A stretch of DNA of 46,970 nt from Vezdaea acicularis (taxonomy: Eukaryota): assembly GCA_026025075.1 (NCBI GenBank), contig JAPEUI010000028.1, positions 124,001-170,970 of the forward strand, read 5' to 3'. Below the pieces are notes generated by a model. It searched no databases and was not told the origin of the DNA. It worked only from the letters and a program-made list of their open reading frames with translations. Within the stretch, counting starts at the first letter, position 1. The number at the start of each line of letters is the position of its first letter. A program made the position numbers and the translations under genes. Below are positions 27,120 through 38,787 of the stretch, piece after piece.

Positions 27120-29041
27120 TCCAGGGTGTTCATCTAGATTCGGTGGAGAGCAGTTGCAAGAGCTCGACAGCCTTGGCCTCAAAGCTGGCTCGGGCGTGTC
27201 CGTCTCTGATATGTGGCGCTCCCTCCTGTTGCCTGATCCGAGCACGGCGCAACGTGTGAACGACAGGTACCGCACGGCCCAAGGCAACAGCCCTAACTCG
27301 ATATCTGAGAGAGTCATCAAATGGCCGCGCCTTGCCAAAGGATTCGTAACCCTTGCATCTCAACCATAAAACCAACAACCCTAACCCTCCGCCTCGAGCG
27401 GCCGCTGCGATCGGAATCGGAATCGGATGATGCCCAACGGGTACATGATACAAGCTCTGCGAGCGTATCGCTCCAGACCCCGAATCAAAGAGAACGCCCT
27501 CTTTCACCCCCAAATGCTTTGATCCGCACGGACCGTCGGCATACCTGGGACTGGCCACCTTCCAAATGCCAAAAGCAGTTTCGAAGAGTATCCACATTTC
27601 ATCATTCGGCAGTCGCCTACTCTCCTGGCGGAAGAGAATCTTCAAGATCATCGGTGAATATTTCACAGCGTGTGATCCGAGGTTTTTCTCTTATTAATCA
27701 TGAACAACGACCGTGATTGGTCGATGAATATTTCTTTTTCCGATCCCTTTTCTCATCCGACTCTTTCCGAGTCGGCGCGGAGAGCGAGCTCGGGACCCAC
27801 GGCCGAATGTTTTCCAGTACTTTCCTTTTCTGCTGCTATGTCACGAATCGCGGATGAACGGCCCTCATCTGCAATCAAACATTCGGTGGTCACAGAATGC
27901 ATTTGGAATTTCTATTTTTCCCAATGGGGAAGTCATCGCGTATCCTTCTCTACAGCTCCCTACCAGCTCGAAGGGTCGCAATATCCTCGGATTGACTACA
28001 TCAATGACCTCACTGACCTCAATAGATGCGAGAGTGAACCCAAGGTATCTATGCGTTAAGCAAGTCTTCTCTAGCTGCTCACCGCCGCCGCTCAAAGCTG
28101 CAAAGGACCCTGCATCAACACGCAGACTCATCTCTCCTCATCGCTCACAGCATCAACAAGCATCATGCCCGTAGCACTACTTCCGAATCCTCGTAAAGCT
28201 TACCCCTCCATAATCCCCTCGAGTCCAGCAACGAACATCCCTCCCTCTCTCCCCCTCACAGCTCGCAAAGTTCTACCTAAAGACGCATCCCCCCAGTGAA
28301 AGTGACATCAGCAGACTCCATCCAAGGCCCTTCCGTGACTCTGAACTGTGATCCAGAGACTCGCTCGGCTGGATCCAGTTATCGCGAATGCCTTCATCCT
28401 CCTCCATTTGCTGATCCTCCCCCCCCCGGTCCTTATCATCGCCATTAGGCGCCAAGAGGATTTCTTTTTCTCGTCGCACTAACGCTTTGATCATCGTCGC
28501 TTCGAATCTTGCAGTGGGAAGGATCGCGATGAAGTCATCTCGTTCGCTGCGGAGGGAAGTAAGTGTTGGTTACTTGACTTTTGTTTACCCCTTGGGTTCG
28601 GCGTTTGCTCCTTAGCTAGAGAGCGGTTTTCTGAGCGGTTCTTCGCTGCTTGCAGCCGGTTACTGGCGTGGTGGCCGAGTTGAGTTGTACTTGGCATCAT
28701 ATGCGCGGGATCTGCTGCTGCTGCTGTACGTGAAGGGGGATGGGTCTCGTTGCTTTACTTGTCTGCTCATATCCTTCGTCTGTAATGAGCTCGGGATTGC
28801 CTAGGCCAAATATTACGCTTTGGCCCCCGAGTCAAGTTCACCCAGTTTTCCAAATTGCAGATATCAGAACCCGTGAGGACCTCAGTAAGTATCTGGGCTG
28901 TCACCACTCGTTTCTTCCACTGCCCGGCCGCGCGAACGCCAGTCTGGTTAGAAGTTCTCTCGTGCTCATGAGATCTCTCCTTGTTACCTAGGTCCGATGG
29001 CAGGATTATTATGGTATATCGCGCCAGTGCCCTAGTATCAT
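27120..29041 (+). ncRNA. Candidate telomerase RNA (TER); ends approximate
   Basis: Template-like AACCCTAACCCT at 27377-27388; many nested 7-10 bp helices including a 5'/3' closing pair (27205-27212/28861-28868); ATAAGT at 29042-29047; no convincing protein ORF. Confidence 0.5.
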
Positions 29042-29652
29042 ATAAGTCTAGTTGCAGAATTTATAACAATTACGAGTATTGAGACGATATCGTGACCCCT
29101 ACAAACCATATCTCATATTTCACACCAGTTATTTACAGGTAGAACCGAATTTATCTTTTCTCGCATATCACACTTCTACGCTGTCCCCCCCCCCCTGCTG
29201 CCACTATGGCCAATTGAGGAGGATGTTAGGTTTCAGCTGCATTGTTGAGATTCGCTGATTGATTCACCTTGCTCTCCACAGGTGGGCGAATTCGGTGATG
29301 AGATGCTATATGCGTAGTAAGACAAAACAAATAGTGATGCTTCTTGCCGAGGTCTGAAGTGAAGTTTTGTCGGCTGTTGCCGTTTCGCTTTTCCACGACG
29401 TGAGGTTTGCGAGAACTTCTATCCATTTGACAGGAGATCTTTTCATTAATCAGCAGCTTAACGTGACTAGAGCAATTAAGCTATTGAGTGTAAAGATTGT
29501 CGGGTATCATGTGGAAAGTCTCGCCATGTCATAACATTGTTGAAGCAATTAACGTCCGAAGCTCCGAGCTCGACTCATCTACATCTACACCTCCAACTCC
29601 CTTCCACTCCTCCCCAACCACTCCCCAATATATTCACTAAACCAACCCCACA

Positions 29653-30274
29653 ATGGCCACCCGCCCCCTCCTCAGACCCTCTCGCCCCTTTCTCCACCGT
29701 CTCTACTCCACCCCTCCCAGCACCCCGCCTATGCTCCTCAAAATCCGGTAACCCTCCTCCCTCCCCTTCCCAGCTCCCCCCCCCCTTCCCAAACCACCCC
29801 AACTAACCCCTCCCTCCTCCTAGCAACGACCTAAAAACCGCCCTCAAAACATCCAACAAATCCCGCCTGCTCGTTCTCCGCTCCCTCCTCGCCTCCATAA
29901 TCCATAAATCCAAAACCGCCTCTCCAATAACAACAGACATACAACTCCTTTCCCACCTGCGCTCCCTAACTGCCGCTTCACGTAGCGCCGCGCAAGAATT
30001 TCGCGCTGCTAATAGAGAGGATTTAGGAGCAAAGGAAGACGCGCAGAGGAAGGTTTTGGAGGAGTATGTAGGCAGTGTGGAGCTGGTGGATGAGGAGGAT
30101 GTGAGGAGGGGGGTAAAGCAGGTGCTGGACGGGATTAGGGAGAAAGGTGAGGAGGTCAGGTTTGGGGCGGTGGTGAAGGCGTGTTTGGGGCCGGGAGGGG
30201 TGTTTGAGGGGAGGAATGTGGAGAGGGGGGAGGTTGTTAGGGTGGTCAAGGAGGTGGTGGATGGGTTGGGGTAG
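29653..30274 (+). CDS. AIM41: Mitochondrial YqeY-domain protein (altered inheritance of mitochondria 41)
   Basis: Presequence MATRPLLRPSRPFLHRLYST..PPMLLKIR, one intron, then NDLKTALKTSNKSRLLVLRSLLA..AAQEFRAANREDLGAKEDAQRKVLEEY. Confidence 0.82.
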
Positions 30275-30661
30275 GGTAGGGAGGCAGTGGGGCGGCAGGT
30301 GGATCGGATGTATATAGGGGGGTGTCCGGAGACTAAACTCTGCTCTTTGGGAAATGATGTACTGCATTAGAAGCGCACCGCCATGGCTCACGGAGGGGCT
30401 GATAGATTCTTCTGTGCACGAGAGCGCAATGCGTCGATGATGCCATATATCACTGTAGTCAAGGGCTGGCGTTCGCAAACGGTTGGTCATAGAGAAAACC
30501 CATGCACGCGCCTACCGCAGGGAGGCTACTTCAATTGCACGACATGGAAGAAGAAATACAGAATCGCCACCCAAGGCAAGCGCAAAGAGAGAGCAGTAGA
30601 CCCATCATCTACAACAACCTCGATGGAAGCGGAACTGTAAAACCAAAAACCTCGCGAATGC

Positions 30662-32025
30662 CTACGCGCCGCTACGATTCTTTTGATAGCCAGCCTAGGT
30701 GAGCGACGTCAGCATGTCTTGATCTGGTACATCCACTGCATTGAAGAAATCAACTGTTTCTCGCTCGTGGCGAAGAAAATCGACGTACCTCTTGCTCTAC
30801 CTGGAGGCTTTCAACGACGGGGGCCAGTTCGCTCAGAATTTCATAAGCTTGCTTGTGGAACTCTACTTGGGCAGCGATAAGCTCTGTAAGGTTACGCAGC
30901 GGTTCGGGGGTATCGAGGACCTAGGGGCAATCTTAGCACTGCTCCCAAGTCAAATGGTGCTAGGGGAACGGACATTCTTCATCACCCCCATTGCTTCCTC
31001 AGTCTGAGCAAAGAACTGATCTTCCGCTTGCTCGATTTCAGCTCTAGCATGCTCATCAATGGTTGCGTCGTCGTGGGGCCCCTTCGCTTGGCCAGCTATA
31101 TTCCATCCTGGTCCCGCCTTAGCCCTCGCCTTCGCCGCATCCAGGAGGAGTCGAGAATTCTCAACGCCTTTCCTGGCTTTAGCAGCGAACATGAGGTTTG
31201 TATTGAGCGTGGTGTTCCACCCAGCTAGGAAACGGCTCTGGATCTGAGCATCTTGTGCGAGGCGTGCTTCGCCGACTTTTTCACTCGCGAGGGCGTACTT
31301 TTCGAGAGCACTTGCTAGAGGATCTTCATCGGTCCCTTCGTGCTTCTGTTGTAGAAGCTGACTGCTGGCAAGTGAGGCGCGGGCGATTGCGTGGTTGAAG
31401 GTTTTGGGCTGTGGCTTTGCGGTTGGGGGGGCGGTAAAGGCAGCCTGGGCTTCGCCGGCAGATGAGGCAGTTGAGAGCAAATGAACCTTCTCGCTGATTG
31501 TGCGCCCCAAGTCGTTGAAGGACTCGCGGATATTGGGAGGGTAGTCGTAGGCTTCGTTTGAGTATTGAGATCTACGACAGCTTAGTGTAGTCCATTTGTA
31601 GTCAATAGATGCAGCATATACAAAGCTTAGACTTACGTGACTTGCAACATCTTCTGATGGACGGCTTTCAGAGTATCGACCTTCTTCTCTAGCTCTACAT
31701 ACTCATCGGGCATCTCCGTCTATGGGAAAATAGCTGTCAGCCTTTTCGTCCAAAGCTCACCCAGCGGTTGCCTGTGGTGATATCCTAAGGGCTTCCACTA
31801 CGGCGCTATTACCTTGTCTTCAGCTTGACCCAGTTGCTCCTTGACATATTGCTGTGTCCTTGTTGCGAACGGACTGAACGACGCTCTACACTCACGTTGT
31901 CAGCATACGTAGGTCCTACCCGCCATGCGCATAAGGTTCAAGACTATATAGCGTTCGGTCGTTTGAATTGCCTTTTGATAACGGACGTACGTAATGTTCT
32001 TTCCAAATGCCGAAACTTTGTCCAT
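30662..32025 (-). CDS. GVP36: BAR-domain protein
   Basis: MDKVSAFGKNI..QYVKEQLGQAEDKTEMPDEYVELEKKVD..YSNEAYDYPPNIRESF..PKTFNHAIARA..VMKNVLDTPEPLRNL; five introns. Confidence 0.88.
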
Positions 32026-32450
32026 GATGGCTATAGATCAATAAGTGGCTGACCCTTGCAATTTCCAATCTGTGTGCCTGTCAGACTGGAGTTGAAAGTG
32101 AACACCGTTTATGTCCAGGTGGAACGCGCAGGTCCTTAGGTAGAAGCTATCGGCTCGTGAGTCCACGCTAGTAAGCTGACAAGCTCCTATATTCAATGGC
32201 GATCTAAAGATGTAGATCGTGGGCCACAGGTATTCAACGGATGGCACGAAGGACTTGGTGCAAGAACATACGGTGTACAACACTAATTACTAGGTTTCTA
32301 CGAAGTAAAAGATGGATGAAATGCTTAGCCTCAACCTCTTCGCCAACTTGATGCCAAAACCAGGAAACAAACGGAAATGAACCCTTTGCATGTGACTGGG
32401 AACATAAAAATAGAATCGAGGAAAAGACCAAAAATGTTATTTTTCCGGTC

Positions 32451-32556
32451 TGATCAGACTGGGGATCGAACCCAGGACCTTGGCGTTATTAATGTACGGC
32501 GACGTGATCGCTTTAAACTATTAGCACCACGCTCTAACCAGCTGAGCTACCCGACC
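32451..32556 (-). tRNA. tRNA-Ile (AAT) with 32-nt intron
   Basis: GGTCGGG TA GCTC-AGCTGGTTA-GAGC G TGGTG-CT AAT A[intron]A-CGCCA AGGTC CTGGG-TTCGATC-CCCAG TCTGATC A; full cloverleaf with A and B boxes. Confidence 0.93.
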
Positions 32557-33377
32557 GAGTAATTGGGAATGGCCTCGTTGTATATGTATATATACCCAAA
32601 CTTGATGGCGTTCGGCTTGGCTGATGCAACACCAACCTATTCAGATACATTAAGGCAGGTTGTGGTAATCATTAGATTGCCATGAGAACGAGTCCACGAC
32701 CGTCAGCGGCAGCTCAGGTACATATAATGCGATGTAATTTCTTTGAAAGCATCTTATGCTCATGCCAGCATTTTGTCTTTCCTAAAAAACCGTTGTACTC
32801 TAACATTTCCGATTTGTCAAATCGAAACCTTGTTATCATTCTCCTCTTGGAAAGTTTCAGCGAGTTGCTCCTCCTCAATTTCTTTTGCAATTGACACTCG
32901 CCTTTTCGCAACCTTTGAGAAATCGATCAAAGGATATACCTTGATAGAGCATATTGGTTGCAAGACGTCATACCAACCGCATTTACCACCCTCTTGTATG
33001 GTGTACTCATAAGTCTCTCGAGAGTTTCCAACTATTCAATACTCCCATCATGCAATCCAAGCCTTTGCTGATTTGGAAAAGAATCGCCGTTCTTCCATAT
33101 GCTCTGGCTAGCATGTTGTAGAGCAAGTCGCGCTGGCCGACCTCATGCAACAGCAAGTGGAGCTCCGTCTATCGTACTTCACACAAAGAGTGTGTCGGGC
33201 CACGAGATGTATAAGGCGATTCACTTCAATGTGACTCCCTCAAATCGAGAGTACAATATACGACCTGGGCATTGGTGTTTGGCATAGCTTCATTTACTTG
33301 GTGTATTGGCACAAGTTCGGCGGGATTTATAGAACATTATTGTACTCTATGCTAGCAATATCCCTAGCCACATTACT

Positions 33378-33798
33378 CTATGCCTTTCCAACAGCTTCAG
33401 GAACCTTGCTTGGGTCATAGCCATGGATTTCCTTGAGCTTCTCCACAAGCTCGACATATTCCGCCTGGGCGTCCTCCGCAGTGGTACCCTTATCAAAAAC
33501 AGCCTTCCAGGCGGTATATTTGGCTTTGCCCTATTTCAAATCAGTCAAAGCTCCAGTGCTGACTGTGGGAGAATATTGACCTTCAGATCGAACATGCCTG
33601 GTTTCTCTGTTTGATCGAATGGAGGATCTTGCGTTCCTTGCTTGTAGAGCCCATAGAGCTGCGAAATTGTCAGATGACGTATAAGGGAAAGGAAAACCTT
33701 GCACCTACCTGAAGAAGCTCATCATTATCAGGCTTTGCGGTCAGCTTCTTGCTGTCTTCGACTGCTTTCTTGAACTCTGGGCTCTGGTCTGCTGGCAT
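33378..33798 (-). CDS. ACB1: Acyl-CoA-binding protein
   Basis: FKKAVEDSKKLTAKPDNDELLQ|LYGLYKQG..KPGMFDLK|GKAKYTAW..AQAEYVELVEKLK; two introns. Confidence 0.93.
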
Positions 33799-34025
33799 GG
33801 TGATGGTGATGGTGAAGGTGGTGGGGTTGTTAGATTTTGGTGGGGCAGACTCGGTTCAAAGAAGAGTCGAGGGGCAGGCATTTGGCTTCAGCGTGCGCTC
33901 TAGCCGCAAAGTCTATATTAGTATCACGAGCAGCCACCGGACCTGATGATAATATACAAATTAAAGTCTATCTAGGTTGAGTAAATCAAGTACAAGAGAT
34001 CATTAGAGGATCAAATGGCATAGCT

Positions 34026-34668
34026 TTACGACACATTATCCCGATCTTTCTCCATCAGCTTCCTCCGCGCCCTCAATATCATCTCCTCTCTTTTCTTCTG
34101 CATAAGAGCCTGTCTCTCGCTCTTGTTTGCACTCCATGTGGCCTTCTTGTCTAAGTCTTCTTCACTCTCTTTCTCCTCTTCTAGCTTAGATGTCAGGTTA
34201 TAGCGTGTGATGAGGTCAGGATGCTGCGGTTTCTTTGGTTGTCGTTGTGCTGGAGTAGGCGTAGAACCTGGGGCTGGAGGTGGTTGAAACGATGGCGGAG
34301 GCTGTTGGAAAAGACGATTAGCTCAATGATAAGATCAGCATCTTGTGATAGCGCGGCCTATTCCGAGCATCACACTGTAGTCAATGCACACATACGGTAT
34401 CTAGCCCACGTCCGCTTAGTATCCGCTCACTTGTTGCCGCAAGACTCCCGCCGGTTCTCATCAGGTCCCAGACAACCTCCCTCCTCCCGAGCTGTGGGAA
34501 CATCTGTAGAATCTGGTCGACAGATCTCTCATCTACCCTCCGGCCGCCATTGCGATTGGCGCTTTGCGCAGATGCACTCGCAGACCGAGAAGTTGCCCAT
34601 CGCACAACTAGAAATGCGATAAGACAAAGGACAATAATCTGAGGGATGTTAACAGTAGTGTCGGCCAT
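34026..34668 (-). CDS. Membrane-anchored CUE-domain protein (Cue1/Cue4-like)
   Basis: N-terminal TM helix, CUE motif QILQMFPQL..VVWDLMRTGGSLAATSERIL; second exon DLITRYNL..WSANKSERQALMQKRREEMILRARRKL (U7BR/G2BR-like). Confidence 0.85.
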
Positions 34669-34920
34669 GATCGTAGTCGTATCAGCAATTTACAGGTTGT
34701 GCATCGTGTGAGCATTGGAGCCTTAAACGATGAGATATTGCGCGAGAAGCTGCAGGTCTCATTTTGACACGTGACAGCAATGCTTCCCGTATAATATCCT
34801 AACTATGATATAAATAAAGCGCCAAACACCTCCTTCAATATGCGGATACCTCTGCCAAACATGTGTACGTCATGATCACAATGGCAAAGCCTAACCCAAT
34901 AAACGCCAATAGAAGACAAT

Positions 34921-37900
34921 TCACCGCAAGTCCGCTGGTGTCAACGCCTGGACAACGCTTGTGCCTTCACTAAATCGTGTTCGGAATATCCTGTTAGCAT
35001 TTTGAAACATTCCGTCCTTGAGACTGACTACGATGAATTGGCTTCCCTTGAACCTTGTCTTGATAAGTCGGCCGATGTTCTGGGTGTGAGACAAATCTAA
35101 TGCCGCGTCGACCTCATCGAGGATATACATAGGTGCTGGCTTGAATTGTAGTAGCGCCATGATGAGAGACAACGCAATGAGAGACCTTATTTTGTCAGCG
35201 CTTTCAACGCGAGATTCACCGATTGACCTACCTCTGGCCTCCACTTAGCTCTGTCAGGCTTTGCTTCCAAACCTTGCCTAGGCAGACCTTCACCTCCAGA
35301 CCGTCGGTAATGCTCTTGTTCTCGGGAGGATCAAGCTTTGCAAAGCTACCAGGCAAGAGTTCAGCAAATATTTGACCAAAGTCCCCATTGACTTTTGTCC
35401 ATGTCTTCTGTAACGCTTCTTTCTTGTATTCATCGAGGCTGGCGATTGTTTCTTCGATCTTCTTTTTATCTCGAATAACAGTCTTCATCATATTCTTGAG
35501 CGAGGCTTCCTTTTTCTCAACGCTATCAATCATATTCATGACCTTTGGGTTGATCTTCTTCTTCATGCCCTGAAATCGCTCCGTCAAGTTGCGTAATGAT
35601 GACTTGCATTCCGCAATGTTCTGTCCTTGGAAGTCGTAAGCAGTACCTGGCCGCCCAAACAGGTCTTTCTCATCAGCGATCCATTCGTGCTCGCTTTCCA
35701 TATGTACGACGGCTTGCTGAGCGGTCTGTTGCTCTTTATGGAACTTCTCGATCTGGTGGCCAAGTTTCTGCGACTCGAGGCCTTCTTCTGTGATCCTCGA
35801 GCTCTTTGAGCCGATAGCTTCGTCCAATGCTCGCAGTTCATCGTCAAAGCCAGTGAGCTTGGCCCGCTCATCATCAAGTTCAGCTTGGGCTACGTCATGC
35901 GCATCCTAATTTCATAAGCTTCATCAACTATACAAATATGACTTACTTACCTTCACTTGTTGTTGTTCCTCAACTAAGGCAGCAATCTCTTCTTCTTGAG
36001 CCCTTAATGTCGAGTCGACATCGACTAGCTGTTCTTGCGCTGCAGTAAGATCGCTGCTGGCCTGCTCGGACTCTAAACGAGCGCCTTGGAGCTCCTTTTG
36101 CATTGATTTAACAGATGCTGAATTTTTGTTCACGCTCTTACGAAGTGCTTCAAGTGAAGATTGAAGTTCTGCCAATTTGCTGTCCTTATTGTTGTCAAAG
36201 TCCTTCATATCACGCTCTATGCGTTTAATGTCTTTGACAGCCTCGCTCTGTCGTTCTTTCCTATCCACGATATCTTTCTTTAGCTGAGTTATAGTTTCTT
36301 TCATCTCTTCAATTTTCTGGATTATTGAAGATGATGAATTGCTACCAATCTGTTCTTCCCTAAGACTGACTTCATGAAGCTTGAGATCGAGCTCTTGCCG
36401 TAGTTTCTTAGCTTGATCAAGCTTTTGCCTGTCTCTTACCATGGTCGCTTGTAGGTCCTTCAATGCCATCTCTAGAGTGCCTAGCTCTTTCATAACGCCA
36501 TTCAGCTTTTGGAGAGTTACTAGAACGCCGCTCGAATTCGGGGAACTTCCACCCGAAAGGGTTCCTGATGGATCATACACGTCACCTTCTAACGTCACGC
36601 TCTTCATTCGAACTGAGGGATCAAAGGTGACACGTTTTGCCGTGTCGGCATCTTCACATACTAGGGTTGACCCAAATACGTAGTCCATCGCAGCCGATAC
36701 TTCATCGTCGTATCCAATGAGGGACAACGCGAGGTCGACCTTGCCAGGAGCTATCTTCTGAGCAGCCCCGACCTTCTCTGCTGATACTCGGAAAGCTGAT
36801 ATCTTATTGAGAGGGATGATGGTGACTCGCTTTCGCAATTTTCCACCCTGAAGCAATTGTGTTCCCGTGATCTCAGAATCAACGACGACATTGTAAAGAC
36901 GCCCACCGGCACATATTTCCAAGGCCGTTCCCGCCCTCGCCTGATCTTTGTCTAGCGTAAACAGCTGGGCAACCAAACCTTTAACCTTAGACCGGTTGAA
37001 GCTAGGCGTGGGATCTGTATAGCTGAAATCGATATTGGCGACCTTTCGCTTCATAACCTCTGACTGCTCTCGAAGTGCTCGTATCTGCTGCTGGAGATCT
37101 GCCTCTTGCTTCTGCATTCCAGCTTCTTTTCCCGCATCAAACCCAAGTTTACTGAGTCCCGCTTCAAGCTTTTTTGCTTGCGCCCGCAGCTCCTCCAAAT
37201 CTTTGAGCAAGCCGGAATTTTGTTCCTTAGCCTTTTTTGCTCTTGGCTCGTCTTCTTTAATTCTTTTCTCAAGATGAGCAATCTTTAACTTGGCTTGTTC
37301 CTGCTCGGTGGCAGCAGCACTGGCTCTATTTCGTGCGTCTATTAGGTGTCAGATAGAGTCACTTTGCATCGCGCTCCTGAGAGGAAATCAAACCTTGAAG
37401 TTGACCCTGATAGCCACTCTCCTGGCCCTCTTTTGAGGCTACACCAGTCTGTAACGTAGAAATCAATTCTTCTTTCTTATCAGCGTCTTCCGTTTGCTTA
37501 GTCAAGTCGGTTTTCATGTTGTCAAACTGTGACTGGAGCTTTTCATAGATTTTGGTTTTCTCTTTCAGCTGCGCTTCCAAGGTCAAAACTGTGTTGCGGA
37601 CTTTTTGTTGCGTCTCTTTCTCATCGTTCATGCTAGTCTTTTTCAGATCGATAACCGTCGTAAGTCGTACAACCTCATGAGAGTGCGTCTTTAACTCGTC
37701 TTCAAGTGCCTGGAACTTCCCACCCTTACGGACTTCTTTCTCGCGCTGCGCTTTGACTCTTCGGATATCTTCTTCCAAATGGACTATCTCACCCTTCAAT
37801 CGCTTTGCAGAATCTTCAAGATCCTTTGCCTTCTGTTTTTTCTGGTCTAGGTCGACTGCCGACTGCTTGAGCTTGTCTTTATTCTTCAGATAGTCATGCG

Positions 37901-38706
37901 CCACAACCAGCCTGGTAAGTCGCTCGAGGTCGCTTTGAGTCTGTTGAAAGTCAAGGAATGCCCGTTTCTCAGTCCTCAGCTTATCTAGCTTAGGCTCGAT
38001 CTCGTCTTTAAGTAGTTCCGTGATTTCCTGAACTTTCATCTCCTTCTTCGCCATAGTCTTGAAAGCTTTGTCGCGCCTGTCTTCGAACATGCGTGTCCCA
38101 GCGGCTTCCTCGATCATGGATAGAATTTCTACAGGCTTCATATTCAGAACCTTTGTAATGCGCCCTTGCATGATCAGGAAATTTGGATTGTTGATGTTGA
38201 GTTGCACGGACTGAAAGAGGTTCTGTACGGTCTGCTGCTGCGCTCGGTGTCCATTGATAAGGTATTTGCTAGTTCCTCCAAGAACGATCTGGCGGGTTAC
38301 ACTGATCTGCGCATATTCCTCGAAGCCTATGGGGCTTTTCTTCTTGTCGTGATTGTCGAACACTATCGTGACACTTGCTTTGGTCACGCCCGCCTGCCCG
38401 CGCTTATATATAAGATCCTGATGGGCCGTATTAGTCATAGTACTAGGGTACGAGCTTTAGGCGCGTACTTGGAGATTCTGTGCCCGAACTGTACTCATGT
38501 TTGTGATACCAAGCACGAAACATATCGAGTCGAGAATGTTGGATTTGCCGCTGCCATTGAGGCCAGTGATAGAATTGAAGCTTTCGTCCCATCCTGAGAT
38601 CACTGTACGCACAGCATACGATTTAAACCCCTAAAATGTAAGTAAGCATAGTTGTTGCTTAGATTCATCATATTCTTACATCAATTACAACTTCTACGAC
38701 CCTCAT
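34921..38706 (-). CDS. SMC2: Condensin SMC ATPase subunit
   Basis: [14 protein letters not shown], Walker [21 protein letters not shown], hinge ([28 protein letters not shown]), LSGGQRS and [11 protein letters not shown]. Confidence 0.97.
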
Positions 38707-38754
38707 CTTGACAATGAATCGAGAATATCAAGTTGTCGCATCGATTGGAATCTT

Positions 38755-38787
38755 CTTCGCGAAGCTAAGAATCGCGAAGTAAACAAA
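38755..38787. promoter_or_regulatory. Possible cell-cycle elements upstream of SMC2 (two CGCGAA, one forkhead-type GTAAACAAA)
   Basis: Palindrome CTTCGCGAAG 38755-38764, CGCGAA 38773-38778 and GTAAACAAA 38779-38787, 50-80 nt from the SMC2 ATG. Confidence 0.4.

Noticed and set aside
26131..27716. Several 100-178 aa ORFs in the GC-rich interval
   Set aside because: Overlapping, low-complexity, no motifs; expected by chance at high GC.
32714..33100. Coding-like fragments beside the tRNA
   Set aside because: Interrupted frames with no recognisable motif; too weak to call a pseudogene.
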